Assembly: GCF_006345805.1 (NCBI RefSeq)
Contig: NC_043012.1
Span: forward strand, 5,146,001-5,210,000
DNA from: Octopus sinensis
Lineage: Eukaryota
Direction of reading: 5' to 3'
Length of the DNA stretch: 64,000 nt
A program made the position numbers and the translations under genes. The stretch's first letter is position 1; each line of letters begins with the position of its first letter. The notes beneath the pieces were generated by a model. It was not told the origin of the DNA. It did no database searches and saw nothing but the letters and a program-made list of their open reading frames with translations. This document shows, in pieces, positions 51,521 through 64,000 of the stretch.

Positions 51521-52414
51521 TTTTTTTTATTTAAAGGGCTTGAATGCAAATTCGTCCGTAGCTTCAAAAGATTTCTAACGTTGTTTCTTCATAATTTCAC
51601 ATTCAAATTTACTTGTGTAAATTTTGTGTAGATAAGAAACGTTATATAGAAGTATTAAGTATATGATCTAAATTATTAAACAGAGTTCAAGAAGTTTGTT
51701 CATATTTACGTAAATGGAGGAGATTAGATTTTAATATAGGTGACAATTATTTATAACAAGAAATTCATATTTAAGAATCTGAGTTGTCATAAAGTACTCG
51801 ACGGTAGCTTCAAAAACTAAAAAGACGTTAGAAATAACATAGGTATGGTGTTATTAACATTTGTAATATGTTATTGCTCTTGGAGTCATATCTATTTAAA
51901 CAAGAATTTAAAAGATTAAACTTGATTGCTGATATATATAATAATAATAATAAAATATTAAAGGCTAACATTCTCTCTATAAATTTCTATCTTAGAGGAA
52001 ATTTAAACTCCCATAAAAGAAGTAAATAACTGGTGAGGCTGTATTTTAAGGAAAAGGACAACCCAAATAAGGAAGTAAAACAAATAAAGAATTTCGAATA
52101 CAGAGGACTAAGATTTATATTTAACCATCAGTTCTTAATACGGCTTAATATCTAATTAGAATAAAATGTTTAATAGTAATCATTAATAGTTACAGGTTTA
52201 TAAAATTTATAATTAAAATGTTTAATGTAAATAATAAGTCTAATTTTTATAGAAAAAAATGTGATATTACGGAATTTATTATCTAGTCGACAGTTCAGAA
52301 AAATATTTGAAGAGATAGATACTAAAGGACGGTTATATTAAAATAAAAATAAAAAATATATTCTAAGAAATATTGAAGATTAGAGGGAATTTTAAATATA
52401 TATCCATTGCAAAC

Positions 52415-52460
<46 letters not shown>

Positions 52461-52549
52461 TAGTTGAAATTTATAGAAAAACAAAAGACGAAGACAGATG
52501 TATGAACAACAAGCAAGTGTATCAGTTTGTCGCTCGGGGAAAATAAAGC

Positions 52550-52585
52550 CTTTTATGTTTCGAGCCAACGCTCTTCGACAGAATA
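52550..52585 (-). ncRNA. A6U-variant minimal hammerhead, copy 4
   Basis: UAUU-CUGUCGA-A-GAGC[GUUG]GCUC-GAAA-CA-UA^AAAG, in a repeat copy ~52460-52680 between (TA)n and (TAA)n. Confidence 0.45.
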
Positions 52586-52676
52586 CGAAATAAACAGAGA
52601 AAATGGGAAAAAAATGTGTGCAGCTCAGCGGTCCAGCATGGCGAATGACTGGGAAAAAGACATTGAAAGAAAGGGA

Positions 52677-52721
<45 letters not shown>

Positions 52722-52871
52722 GAGGTTGAATAAAAGAGATAATAATAGTGCTAGTGATCCCAACAAGAGGTGCCCGTGTATGCGTGTGTATGTGTAAATT
52801 GCGTGAATGAATGTGTGAATATGTGAAAATAGGGACGAGTAACTCTGGCGTGTGTGAGTATGTGTGTGTAA

Positions 52872-52938
<67 letters not shown>

Positions 52939-52968
52939 TGTGCGTGTAAACATATATATATATATATC

Positions 52969-53158
52969 TTTTACTTGTTTCAGTCATTTGACTGTGGCCA
53001 TGCTGGAGCACCGCCTTTAGTCGACCAAATCGACCGCGGGACTTATTCTTCGTAAGCCCAGTACTTATTCTATCGGTCTATTTTGCCGAACCGCTAAGTT
53101 ACGGGGACGTAAACATACCAGCATCGGTTGTCAAGCAATGCTAGGGGGACAAACACAG

Positions 53159-53205
<47 letters not shown>

Positions 53206-53370
53206 CGACAGGCTTCTTTCAGTTTCCGTCTACCAAATCCACTTACAAGGCATTGGTCGGCCCGGGGCTATAGCAGAAGACACTTGCCCAAGATGCCACG
53301 CAGTGGGACTGAACCCGGAACCATGTGATTGGTTAGCAAGCTACTTACCACACAGCCACTCCTGCGCCTA
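52969..53370 (-). mobile_element. SINE type A, full length, young
   Basis: Reverse complement of taggcgcaggagtggctgtgtggtaagtagc...gactgaaacaagtaaaag. Confidence 0.92.
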
Positions 53371-53584
53371 TATATATATATATATATATACACAAACGCA
53401 CACACTCATGCACAAATAAACCTATGTAGTAGACATATAGACATGGCGAATTTACTCATAGCTTCAAACAAATAATCAACACCCTTAAACGATTTTCGAA
53501 ACTCATTGGGTTAATTTAATCATTATATGATACAGAGTTCAGAACATTGCCCTACACTGGATAGATATGTGTATCATAACACAA

Positions 53585-53623
<39 letters not shown>

Positions 53624-56600
53624 CTATGCGTGTATGTGTATAAGCGCATAAAGGGACACTTTATAACGGGACGCTATTTCAAAGTATTCGAAATTTGTAG
53701 CCTAATCAAAGTGAGATATGCTTCAACCGGAAACGCAAAATCGCGTTTGTATCCCCACTCAGCTGAAGACTAATATATGCTTCACAACAAACGTTTTTTT
53801 TTTCGTAATATTGCTTGCTGTGTAGCAAAATGCAACTGTTTTATGCTTTATTTAGAGAAGAAATTACACTAAGACGTCATTCGCTTGAGAGGAAAAAGGA
53901 AGTAAGTTATTGTCAATACATAAAGCATTGGATATTAAATAGTTAACGAGTATCATCACATGATCACCTCAGCGACCAGACTATCAGATGTCATTACACC
54001 TCGCTGGTCACAATGCTCTTTTCTGCCTTGTTTTAACCTTCCCGGCATTAAATATCTTCACTCTTAGTTTCGTGAATGTTTGTGGGTGTTGTGATGTCTT
54101 TGTGTTTAAGGGTAATGCTCCTGAAAAATGTGCAGCTAATAGAAAGCAGTAGAATGAGTATCTAATAATAGGTACTATAGGATAAGGTCGCACGAGATGC
54201 TAGAAATAACAGTCATTTCTTTATCAAATATGAGAAGATAGGACAATGAAACTTTTGGCATATAAAAAGACGCGATGGTCATTGCTGGAATATATTTGAT
54301 CAAAAGTTTCTGGAACTAAAGAACAACAACTGAAGAATAGTATTAACAAATGAAGGTTTTAGTCGTTATTTTCAACAGATCAAGGGATCACTTAATAGGA
54401 ACACTTCACTTGCAAGAATAATCAACTATATCTTCCACTTATCACGTGCCTTACTCTCCTAGTAGAGAAAAGGATTGGATAGTTACAGATGCAATGAATT
54501 TGCCCTAAGGTTTTCATAAGCAGATATTTCTTGGAACCAAAACTCAACAACTGCAACAAGAACATACTGAGTTATTAATTTCTAAAGAATCCAATTTCCT
54601 ACGACAGCTAATGTAGAATTTTGTATATTATTTAGAGATTCTTTCTTCATAATTTCGGCAAAAGCGACGAAGACTGATTCGCTGATGAGGTTAATATAAC
54701 GTTGAAACATATCCATAATTGCCTTCCATTATTTCAAGATATTTTATTTAATATCGGTCATCTAATTAAATCCTTGTTTTTCTCTGCAAAATTATTAGTT
54801 ACTAGTTGTTTGTCATTGCATTTATACCTAAATATACATCTATCTAAACTCTTCTATTATCTCAGATTTGCTTCTCAACATCCTGAGTTCAAGTCCCGTC
54901 AGAATTTTTTTTTCGCCCCCACAGCAGCCGATAAGATCGAATGTCTGTTTCCTTTACTTTCTTCAAAGAAAGTTTTCTGTAATAATGTGTCTTAGAATAA
55001 AATTCTAAGGTGTATATTTCTTTGTTTTCAGCCACTCTTGCAAGGAAGTGAAGACAAAGTGCCTATAACCTTGACTAAAATATAACGGTGTTAGTAATGT
55101 GCTACAAACTTAACAACTCTTCGCCTGAGAGGCTCATAATAAACTTACTTGTCCATTGTAATCATTTGCCTGCAGCAGAGTCTTTCATTTCAAACAATGA
55201 GATTTTCCTAAATAATTTCTTACCCAAAGCATTGAAATAGCAACGAACTCAATTCATTTGTACACTCTATTGCCTCTGTCCAAATGAAATAGCTTTAACA
55301 TCGCCAGATCTAAAACTAAGTTAACTTCGTGTAAATGTTCAACTGATCAGGAGATAATAGAAGTTCTATTGCACATTAAAGGTTACTTATGCAGCGCTAA
55401 GTTCTGTTCCTTTGTTTTCTGGAAGCCAGTTCTTTTGAAATGAATACGAACCAGTTGAGACAACAACAATACGATGTAATCATGTTTTGAATAAAGTCAA
55501 TATCTATCTGTATCTATCTGTAATTCGATGCGAAAATCAAACCGAAAAGAAAAAAAATGTCTGTGGAAATTAATGTCACTTTCACTCCGATTCTTTTCTC
55601 CCATATGGAAAATTCTATAGAACATTTCAAATCAGAACACAAAGCAAAATTCTTTCCTGTCTTTAAGTTTAATATCAGAATATCCATTGTAAGATTCAAT
55701 TGAAATTCAGCGAGCGTCTTTCTAACTATAGCTGATCAATGTTACTAATGATATTAATAATATTCGGCCTTGTATAAAAGAATCTACGTTATCAAATACA
55801 TTATCCATTGGTAGCATTTACGAAATCAGAAAATCAGTTCAAGGAACTAATCATTGAGACAGACTCTTCCCCTACATTTAGGCTGGATGTAATAATAAAA
55901 CGAAATAGAATCCGAAACGAATGCCGAGGATATTTTCTTTGAGAGAACGTTAGCATTAATGTATTACTTTTCCGAACAAAATCTCTACGACATAGAGTAG
56001 CTAGAACCGTTTACATTGAAGCGAATGAAGCAATTTAATGTAAGGAAATGTTGTTCTACTTTGGTCCATTCTAATGACGTTGTTAACAACAGTAGTGGCT
56101 TTGTTTTAATATCTTATATTATCGTTTCGTTTCAATTATGTGGTTGTTTAACCCCATATCGTCTCTGATAGCAGACCAATGTTCAAAAATGACATTTCAA
56201 CCATAACAATCTCTTCATATTTTCTTTTTTTTCGGACAGTGTATATAAAACGGCACCATATAATGGATTCTTACTCGGCTTAACTCCTTGAAAGTGAAAA
56301 GTGGATATATGCACTCAAAGTTTTATTACCGTTAACTGTGTAAAACTGTTTTACACCCCGGCTTTGAAAATACTTATCCTAATGCTGCGAGAAGCGGGGA
56401 CATCACCATTGACACTTTCTACAAAATATAATCTTACAAGACTATTGAAAGGTTGCAAGACGCAACGAAAATTTTAGAAAATAAAAATAAGAAATAAGTG
56501 GAAATTTTACCGGTGAGTGTGTTAAATAATAAAGCACTGAAAGAGAATGACTCTCCCCAGACACAACAGAATATGCTTCAACACACAAACTCATATAAAG

Positions 56601-56904
56601 AATCTTGCAAACCAAATCCCAAAACGAAATATAATCTTACAGATTTTCTTAAACTTTTTTTCACATATTTCATCAAATATCTCTTTACACACTAAAAATC
56701 AAATATTTTTATAGTGTTATATGAAAGCCGAACCTACAGCAGATGCTGAAAATAAAGGTAAACGTATTTAATACACTTTACTCTTTTACTCTTTTATTTG
56801 TTTCATTCATTGGATTGCGATCAGGTTGAGGCACCGTTTTGAAGGATTTAGTCGTGCAAATCGAACTCCAGAACGCATTTCAATTTTATTCTTTTATTCG
56901 TTTA

Positions 56905-56958
56905 TTCTTTTACTTGTTTCAGTCATTTGACTGCAGCCATGCTGGAGCATCGCCTTTA
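56905..56958 (-). mobile_element. SINE type A 3' terminal fragment
   Basis: cttttacttgtttcagtcatttgactgcagccatgctggagcatcgccttt. Confidence 0.75.
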
Positions 56959-57857
56959 ATTATTTAAATTTTCTTCATAAACTCTACGTTTCTGCGAAAC
57001 ATAGAGTTTATGAAGTTTATTCTTAGGAAGTAGGGGCCTTAAGCAGTGATATGTATAAATGCAATGTTATTATCAGTTCCAATATGCTTGTGGTACATTT
57101 GGACTAATAAACAAGCCATTTCCTGTGTTTTATCGTGGAGAAAATTTATCGGTGTTAACAACGGTGTAAATATACCTAGATCAGTTCGCAGCGCCCCCTT
57201 TCCAGACTATGAGATGCAGCATTTCGGAGTAGTTGCCTCCTCTTCGATCACAGACACTGGGCAGAGGGCACTGCGAACTCATTAAAGCGAGTGATTTTTT
57301 TATGCTATTTCAGTCACCGTTCGATGGCTGATAACGCTATACAGCGGCTCATTTACACTTCTAGATTCTCTTTGACAATACCAAAAAGAACTCGAACTAA
57401 ATGTTCAGATGAAGACAGAGAGAAAGACATCAAATTATTCAAATGCCTAACACTGCAGAATAAAAGCGATCAAATGTCTCGTCATTCGATACTCCCTCTT
57501 CCAATGAAAGTCCAGTCCTTGTTACCGTGTGCTGGCTTCTACACCTCAGCAGCCCTGAGAGGCATGAGAACAAGGTACAATGTCCTAGCAGGGCTTCCCA
57601 TATACTGGATAGGCCATAGGATAGGGGCCAGACGAATATGGACCGCCGCTTCTTAGAGTTAAAGATAGGTTTGCATTGGACAAACACCACTACTTAGCAA
57701 AACAAAGCATAGATACAGAAATAGCGATGATAATTCAAAACCGATCAGACTGCAAAGCGATCTACTTAACTTTGTTAGCAATTTGGTCTTGGATCCTTCA
57801 ATTCCTGTTTAACTGCTTACATATATAACTATACAAGAACACACAGTATAAACGCCT

Positions 57858-57932
57858 CTCCGCGGGGTGGGGGACCAAACCCCAGTCTCCAGCGTGACAG
57901 GCGAGGGTAGTTTACCACTATACTACCGAGGA
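57858..57932 (-). pseudogene. tRNA-Asp(GTC) pseudogene or divergent copy
   Basis: TCCTCGGTAGTATAGTGG..CTCGCCTGTCACGCTGGAGACTGGGGTTTGGTCCCCCA..CCGCGGAG aligns with metazoan tRNA-Asp; T-loop TTTGGTC, anticodon-stem mismatch and extra Cs before the acceptor stem. Confidence 0.75.
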
Positions 57933-58054
57933 AGCGCAAAAGACAGTCCGGAGACAAGAACAGAGGAAAAAATTCGTCAATGGTCCTTGCTCCATAAGGA
58001 TCGAAGCGCTTAAGATGGTAAATAAGTAAGACTGTTTATTTCCTGTTCTTCCAG

Positions 58055-58280
58055 TTGACTCAGCTGAAGAAATGAGTTGCGACGTCACTGGTGCCAAGCT
58101 GTATCGACCTTTGATTTTCCCTTAGATAACATCAGTGACGTTGAGACGGGAGGCTGGTATGCATTGGTGGCTGCTGGTCTTCCATAAACGACCTTGCCCA
58201 GACTTGTGCCTTGGAAGCGAACTTTCTTGGTGCAATCCCATGATCATTCAGGACTGTAGGGGGTCGGGTCTTTACCGTTG
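58055..58280 (+). mobile_element. Diverged SINE/LINE-tail-like repeat
   Basis: gttgactcagctgaa..gacgtcactggtgccaagctgtatc..ctgctggtcttccataaacgaccttgccc resembles an octopus dispersed repeat from recall; no second copy in the window. Confidence 0.35.
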
Positions 58281-58585
58281 ACCCAAGTAAGCTGCAATGT
58301 GAAAAGTGATAGATTTGAAACATGGCGCGGTGGTATGTCTGACACTAATAACCATTAAGACAAAATATCTCGAGATGAAAATACGTTCACAATATTGTGT
58401 AGATTCTCCTTTTATGTTTATCATCTGTGAACCAGATATCTGGTTAATCAAAGAGTCATCTGGCAAGGCAATCTGTTGAGACACCGAATATCTGATTGGA
58501 TTATATTTACCTATCTTGTCCATCTGTAGAATTGAGCAGCCAATATTCTATCCTTTTTATATTTCCAACTCTTTATTTATCCCCA

Positions 58586-58630
<45 letters not shown>

Positions 58631-59030
58631 TCTCTGTCTTTCTTTCTTTTTCTCTCTTCCTCCCTCTCTCCCTCTTTACTTTCTTGTTAACTTTGTCTCG
58701 CTCCCTCATATGTGTGTATATATATATTATATAAATGTTCTTATACGTACGTCTAATGTGTTTGTGTGGGTGTGTATGTGTCCATGTGTGGGTGTGTATG
58801 TGTCCATGCGTGTGTGTGTATATGTGTACATATATATATATATATTATATATATAATATATATATAACTATATATATATATAGATTATATATATATATAT
58901 ATATATATAATATGCATTCGCAGTCTAAAATAACAATATGCACGGTGATTGCTTTACGGGAGATTAGTTTTAAATAGTTTTAATGTTGCATCAGAATTGC
59001 AAGGAGAGCGCTTAACGTATAGAAGAAAAG

Positions 59031-59134
59031 GAAGAAGAAGAAGAAGAAGAAGAAGAAGAAGAAAGAAGAAGAAGAACAAGAAGAAGAACAAGAAGAAGAA
59101 GAAGAACAAGAAGAAGAACAAGAACAAGAACAAG

Positions 59135-59166
<32 letters not shown>

Positions 59167-59167
59167 C
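59031..59167. repeat. Graded microsatellite (GAA)n to (AAGAAGAAC)n to (AAGAAC)n to (AAC)n
   Basis: Seen directly. Confidence 0.95.
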
Positions 59168-59553
59168 GAGACGAAGGAAATCTGGCTACTTTACATTTAT
59201 CTAAGCATGAAATGCGTTTACAATGGATCAATATTGTCGGTGTGCTTGTGTGGTTCCTGCTACGACGTTACTTTAACTTGTAGTTGTTTGTTGTTGTTTT
59301 GTTGTACAAAGTTGAATAAAAGGAAGATTTAATATATTAGATCTTCCAAAGAGAATCGATAAAAATTTGTTTTTCATTACATAGCTTATGTGTGTGTGTG
59401 TGTATGTGTGTGTGTGTGAGTGTCTATGTCTGTGTCTATGGTCCGTGTGAGTGAATGTATACATATGAGTTCTTGTATTTATGTATGTATACGTATATGT
59501 ATATAGACATACATATAAACAAACACCCACCCACACACACGCAAACTACATAC

Positions 59554-59676
<123 letters not shown>

Positions 59677-60194
59677 AAGATAGATAGATAGATAGAAAGA
59701 TATGCATCTGTGCATGTGTATATTTACACGCCTATAAAAACATTTATATATATATATATACATATGTATATATATATATATGGAGAGAGAGAGAGAGAGA
59801 CAGAGAGAGTGAGGGATGGGAGAGAGTGAGTGAGAGGGAGAGAGAGGAGTGAGTGAGAGAGAGGGAGGGAGAGGGAGAGAGAGAAACCATAGTCAGGTGG
59901 TATTAGAGGTGAATATAGATGTATTTTTTACATGACTTCCCTATGATTACAGCCGTTTCGTATACATATATACAGATACATATATATGTATATATACAAA
60001 CATACGTATAGATATTGCTATATTTTATTTTCGGTATTGAATACACTTTGTAAACGATGTGGCTCATCAGTCCTTTTGAATCTACGCCAATACGTCTACT
60101 GAGGGTATCTTTCTCAAAGCTTCATTGCATGTGTCTGTTTCAGTGCGCTTGCGCTTACATTTAGGAGTTGTAGAAGCATTCTCAAATGTGTAAA

Positions 60195-60535
60195 TAGGCG
60201 CAGGAGTAGCTTGTTTACCAGCCACATGGTTCCGGGTTCAGTCCCACTGAGTGGCAATTTGGATAAATGTCTTCTACTATAGCCTCGGGCCGACCAAAGC
60301 CTTGTAAGTGGATTTGATAAACGAAAACTGAAAGAAGCTCGTCGTGTGTATATATGTATGTGTGCGTATGTGTGTTTGTGTTTGTGTGTCTGTGTTTGTG
60401 CCCCCAGCATCAAAAGAGACTGATAGAATAAGTACTGGACTTACAAAGAATAAGTCCCTGGGTCGATTTGTTCGACTAAAAAGGCGGTGCTCTAGCATGG
60501 CCGCAGTCAAATGACTGAAACAAATAAAAGAATAA
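60195..60535 (+). mobile_element. SINE type A with an A-box deletion in the head
   Basis: taggcgcaggagtagcttg lacks the ggctgtgtggtaagt segment; the rest matches 47530 and 52969. Confidence 0.85.
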
Positions 60536-60589
60536 AGGAATAAAAGAAAAGACATTCTCAAACAAAATTCAGCTTTCGACTTTAGTTAA

Positions 60590-60935
60590 AACTCTTTGAA
60601 CATGGCCTTAGGCTTAATTCACTCGTGTATATGGAGCTGATAGAGATGGAGAGGATTGCTGATGGGAGGCCATATATGTGGTAACATGTTCCTTGCCACA
60701 TTTCCGGAAACAGTCTGAAGTGGTCCCCAATTTCTGACCCTTTTAATTCCCTCGATTGTAATCTCAAGGGTTACTACGTGCCGTACACGGTTGAGAAAGA
60801 AAACAACTGCTTTGCCTGCAACACCAAGGCCGAGCTGGTACCCACGTTCAAGGAAGTGTTCGAACATCTTCCCAAGGAATAATTGAGGAGCCTACATGAG
60901 GTCGAAGTTGCAGATGAGGACAGCTACTTTGAGTA
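60590..60935 (+). mobile_element. maT/DD37D-like mariner transposase catalytic-domain remnant
   Basis: FEHGLRLNS..IADGRPYMW..PCHISG..LDCN..CNTKAELV..KEVFEHLP..GYFE-like end; resembles GRPYVWQQDSAPCH..SPDCNPxDY. Confidence 0.7.
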
Positions 60936-61022
60936 GCTTGTTAGCTCCCAGCTATAATTTTGTTGAAATTCTTTTGATTTTTAAGATAATTTCATTTTAT
61001 TTTCGTTTTATCCAAACCGAGC

Positions 61023-61082
<60 letters not shown>

Positions 61083-61085
<3 letters not shown>

Positions 61086-61252
61086 AAATATGAATTAGAA
61101 TTTGTTATTATGTTTGGGTTTAAGTCTATGACTGTTTGAGTTGCATAATAGTGGTTTTATCTCTAATTCATATTTTATATATTTATACAGTGAAATTTGA
61201 TTTAATACTAAATCGAATTTTTCCCTGTAAGTTTGGAGCTATACTCTCTATT
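61083..61252 (+). mobile_element. Third copy of the 29290/48611 terminal-repeat family, flanked by (TA)n
   Basis: ttgcataatagtggttttatctctaattcat..gtgaaatttgatttaatactaaatcgaatttttccctgtaagtttggagctatactct matches 48860-48985. Confidence 0.75.
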
Positions 61253-61360
61253 ATATATATATATATAATATATATATATTATATATATATATATAATGTA
61301 ACTGCATACAGACTATGAAACGGCTATCAACAAATGGAATTTGTTTTTTTCTTTTAATTA

Positions 61361-61717
61361 TTTCATGCTGGAGCAGCGCCTTTAGTCGAAGAAACTGACC
61401 CCAGGAATTATTGTTTGTAAGCCTAGTACTCATTATATCGGTCACTTTTGCCAAATCGCTATGTTACGGGGGACGTAAACGTGCCAACATCTGCTGTCAA
61501 GCGATGGTGGGGAAAACACAGGCACACAAATACATACATGTGTGTGTGTGTGTGTGTGAGTATGGCGGATTTCTTAAGTTTCCATCTACCAAATCCACCC
61601 ACAAGGCTTTATCGCCCCAATGCTATAGTAGAAGACACTTGCTCACGGTGCCACCCAGTGAGACTGACTCCGGAACCATGTGGTTGGTAAGCAAGCTACT
61701 TACCATACAGCCACTCT
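61361..61717 (-). mobile_element. SINE type A, near full length
   Basis: catgctggagcagcgcctttagtcg...ggaaccatgtggttggtaagcaagctacttaccatacagccactc. Confidence 0.85.
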
Positions 61718-61897
61718 TCCACCATTTTTTTTCTCTTATTTTGATTACTTATTACATACCCCACCCACCATTAGAATTTCTGGATTTCCGGAACGACGGT
61801 GACGTTAATCACAGACCCGGTCTCAACCAGTAGCTTTCTTGTTAGCCGGATACCCGACAGAAAGGTCACAGGAAATATAGAGAATGAAACCGGTAGG

Positions 61898-61989
<92 letters not shown>

Positions 61990-62303
61990 GAGATAGATAG
62001 ACAAGCAAGAAGTTAAGAGCAGACAGAAAGACAGATAGACAGGTATATATTCTTCAAAAGGAATTATGGAAGAAGTACACGAAATATAATTGTATAGGCG
62101 TAAAATATAATCACTTTTATTGTGGTGTTGCCTTATAACGTTATATACATGCGTACATAAACACACACACATACTCACCCTCAGATACTTATATACCCCA
62201 CACATATAAATTTATCTATATATGCATTTTATCAAACACTGATGTGCATGCGTGCGTAAATACATGTGCATGTGTGAGTATATTATGTGTGTATAATATA
62301 TAT

Positions 62304-62349
<46 letters not shown>

Positions 62350-62920
62350 CATCTATACACGCATGTATATATGAATCATGTAAAACATATGCTACAATAT
62401 ATGCCTTATACAAACGTATATTTATGTGAGCGTAAAGTATTTGTGCATGCATGCGAAAACATCCGCACAGTCAATACACATATATACACAAACGCACACA
62501 CATACACACCTAGGTATAACTTATTACATAATTGTATATGTTATTCTGCGTATAGCACATCGGATACATTTATGTGTATCTGATAGCTTCACTACAGCAA
62601 TGATAAAATAGTTTGTATCGATTTTTTTCCCTAGGATATATCACTGCTGTATATGTTTACTTCTGTATGTGTTACTATATATCAAAGCTTAATTTCTTTT
62701 GAGTGCGTGTATGAGATGAAGAAAGTGTAGTTGTTATTACATATACGCCTACCCCTACACGGAATACCGAACACCTGTTCGTTTTTAATTAAGAGCGTGT
62801 TAATGTAAATAATAGACTGCGGTGAGAACGATGGCAGAGGTAATTGAATAAATACCTTTTTTTTTTTTCATTTCTTTTCCGTATAACAAATGACATCAGT
62901 ATAAATATATATGAGCACAA

Positions 62921-63636
62921 GTGAAGATGCGTGGCTTAGTGGTTAGGGCATTCGGCGTAAGGTCGTGAGTTCAATTCCCGGCGATGCGATGTGTCCTTGA
63001 GCAAGACACTTTATTTCATTTTGCTCCAGTCACCTCAGCAGGAAAAGGGCCAGCCTTGTCACACTGAATCGCCCTCAGAACTAAGCTTCTTATTTCTTTA
63101 CAGCCCACAAGGGGCTAAACATAGAGCGGCACAAACAAGGACAGACAAACAGATTAAGTCCATTACATCGACCCTAGTGCGTAACTGGTACTATATTTAC
63201 CGACCCCGAAAGGATGAAAGGCAAAGTTGACCTCGGCGGAATTTGAAATCAGAACGTGACGGTAGACGAAATACCTATTTCTTTACTACCCACAAGGAGC
63301 TAAACACAGAGGTGACAAACAAGGACAGACACACGGGTTAAGTCGATTAGATCGACCCCCGTGCATGACTGGTACTTATTTAATCGACCCCGAAGGATGA
63401 AAGGCAAAGTCGACCTCGGCAGAATTTGAACTCAGAACGTAGCGGCAGACGAAATACGGCTACGCGTTTCGCCCGGCGTGCTAACGTTTCTGCCAGCTCG
63501 CTGCCTTTCCCTCAGAACTAAATTAAGTATACACATGTCTGTGGCGTGCTCAGCCACTTGCACGTTAATTTCACGAGAAAGCTGTTCCGTTGATAGTATT
63601 AACTGGGACCCTCGACGTCGTAACCGACGGAGTGCT
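62921..63636 (+). mobile_element. CORE-like SINE type C interrupted by a type B dimer
   Basis: Head gtgaagatgcgtggcttagtgg, core tgtgtccttgagcaagacactttatttc; tail resumes after 63521. Confidence 0.85.
63085..63508 (-). mobile_element. SINE type B dimer nested in SINE type C with a 13 bp TSD
   Basis: ccctcagaactaa at 63072-63084 and 63509-63521. Confidence 0.9.
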
Positions 63637-63840
63637 CCTATGCTCACAACAGTCTTACTCAAACAGACAGATATAACGCAATAATTACATTCAAACACAA
63701 ACGTAAGTTTAGAGACACACACATTTATCTGTGTAGAGGATATCCCTGCGTGGGTGTTGCTAGAAATAGCAACCAAACCCCTGTCACTTTAATCACTTAC
63801 TTTTCTAATGAAATGGAACCAACAGGATATTTTAATACCT

Positions 63841-64000
63841 CTTTTACTTGTTTCAGTCATTTGATTGTGACCATGCTGGAGCACCGCCTTTAGTCGAGCA
63901 AATCGACTCCAGGACTTATTCTTTGTAAGCCTAGTACTTATTCTATCAGTCTGTTTTGCCGAACCGCTAAGTTACGGGGACGTAAACACACCAGCATCGG
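63841..64000 (-). mobile_element. SINE type A 3' part, runs off the window end
   Basis: cttttacttgtttcagtcatttgattgtgaccatgctggagcaccgcctttagtcg..gaaccgctaagttacggggacgtaaacacaccagcatcgg. Confidence 0.88.

Noticed and set aside
54682-54714. CUGAUGA-GGUUAAUAUAAC-GUU-GAAAC hammerhead-like string
   Set aside because: Three extra bases between stem II and GAAA, and no convincing stem I.
57291-57690. Overlapping 121 aa (+) and 83 aa (-) ORFs in GC-richer DNA
   Set aside because: No recognisable domain; part resembles an old retroelement UTR, and it cannot be assigned without a search.

Overview
AT-rich, microsatellite-saturated eukaryotic DNA, most likely from an octopus (inferred from the tRNA-derived SINE families and repeat landscape as I recall them; not database-checked). 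No cellular protein-coding gene can be supported, only a few weak minus-strand exon candidates. Almost all ORFs in the track are simple-repeat artefacts. Recognisable elements: a full-length but dead mellifera-type mariner plus an internally deleted copy; TRT/Tc1 and maT-like transposase remnants; a Helitron helicase remnant followed by a complete non-autonomous Helitron; an R4/Dong-clade RLE LINE embedded in (CATA)n that has lost its RT core in frame; CR1/L2 and RTE fragments; about 20 SINE copies of four types; MITE/foldback elements; and a tRNA-Asp pseudogene. The most notable signal is a set of short, microsatellite-flanked, often inverted-repeat elements carrying minimal type I hammerhead ribozyme folds of the Penelope-like-element kind. 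One has an intact catalytic core (29517-29559). A four-copy family has a fixed non-canonical CUGUNGA core (A6U). Two more copies carry U4C or A9C substitutions. Ribozyme activity is predicted from sequence only and needs in vitro testing.
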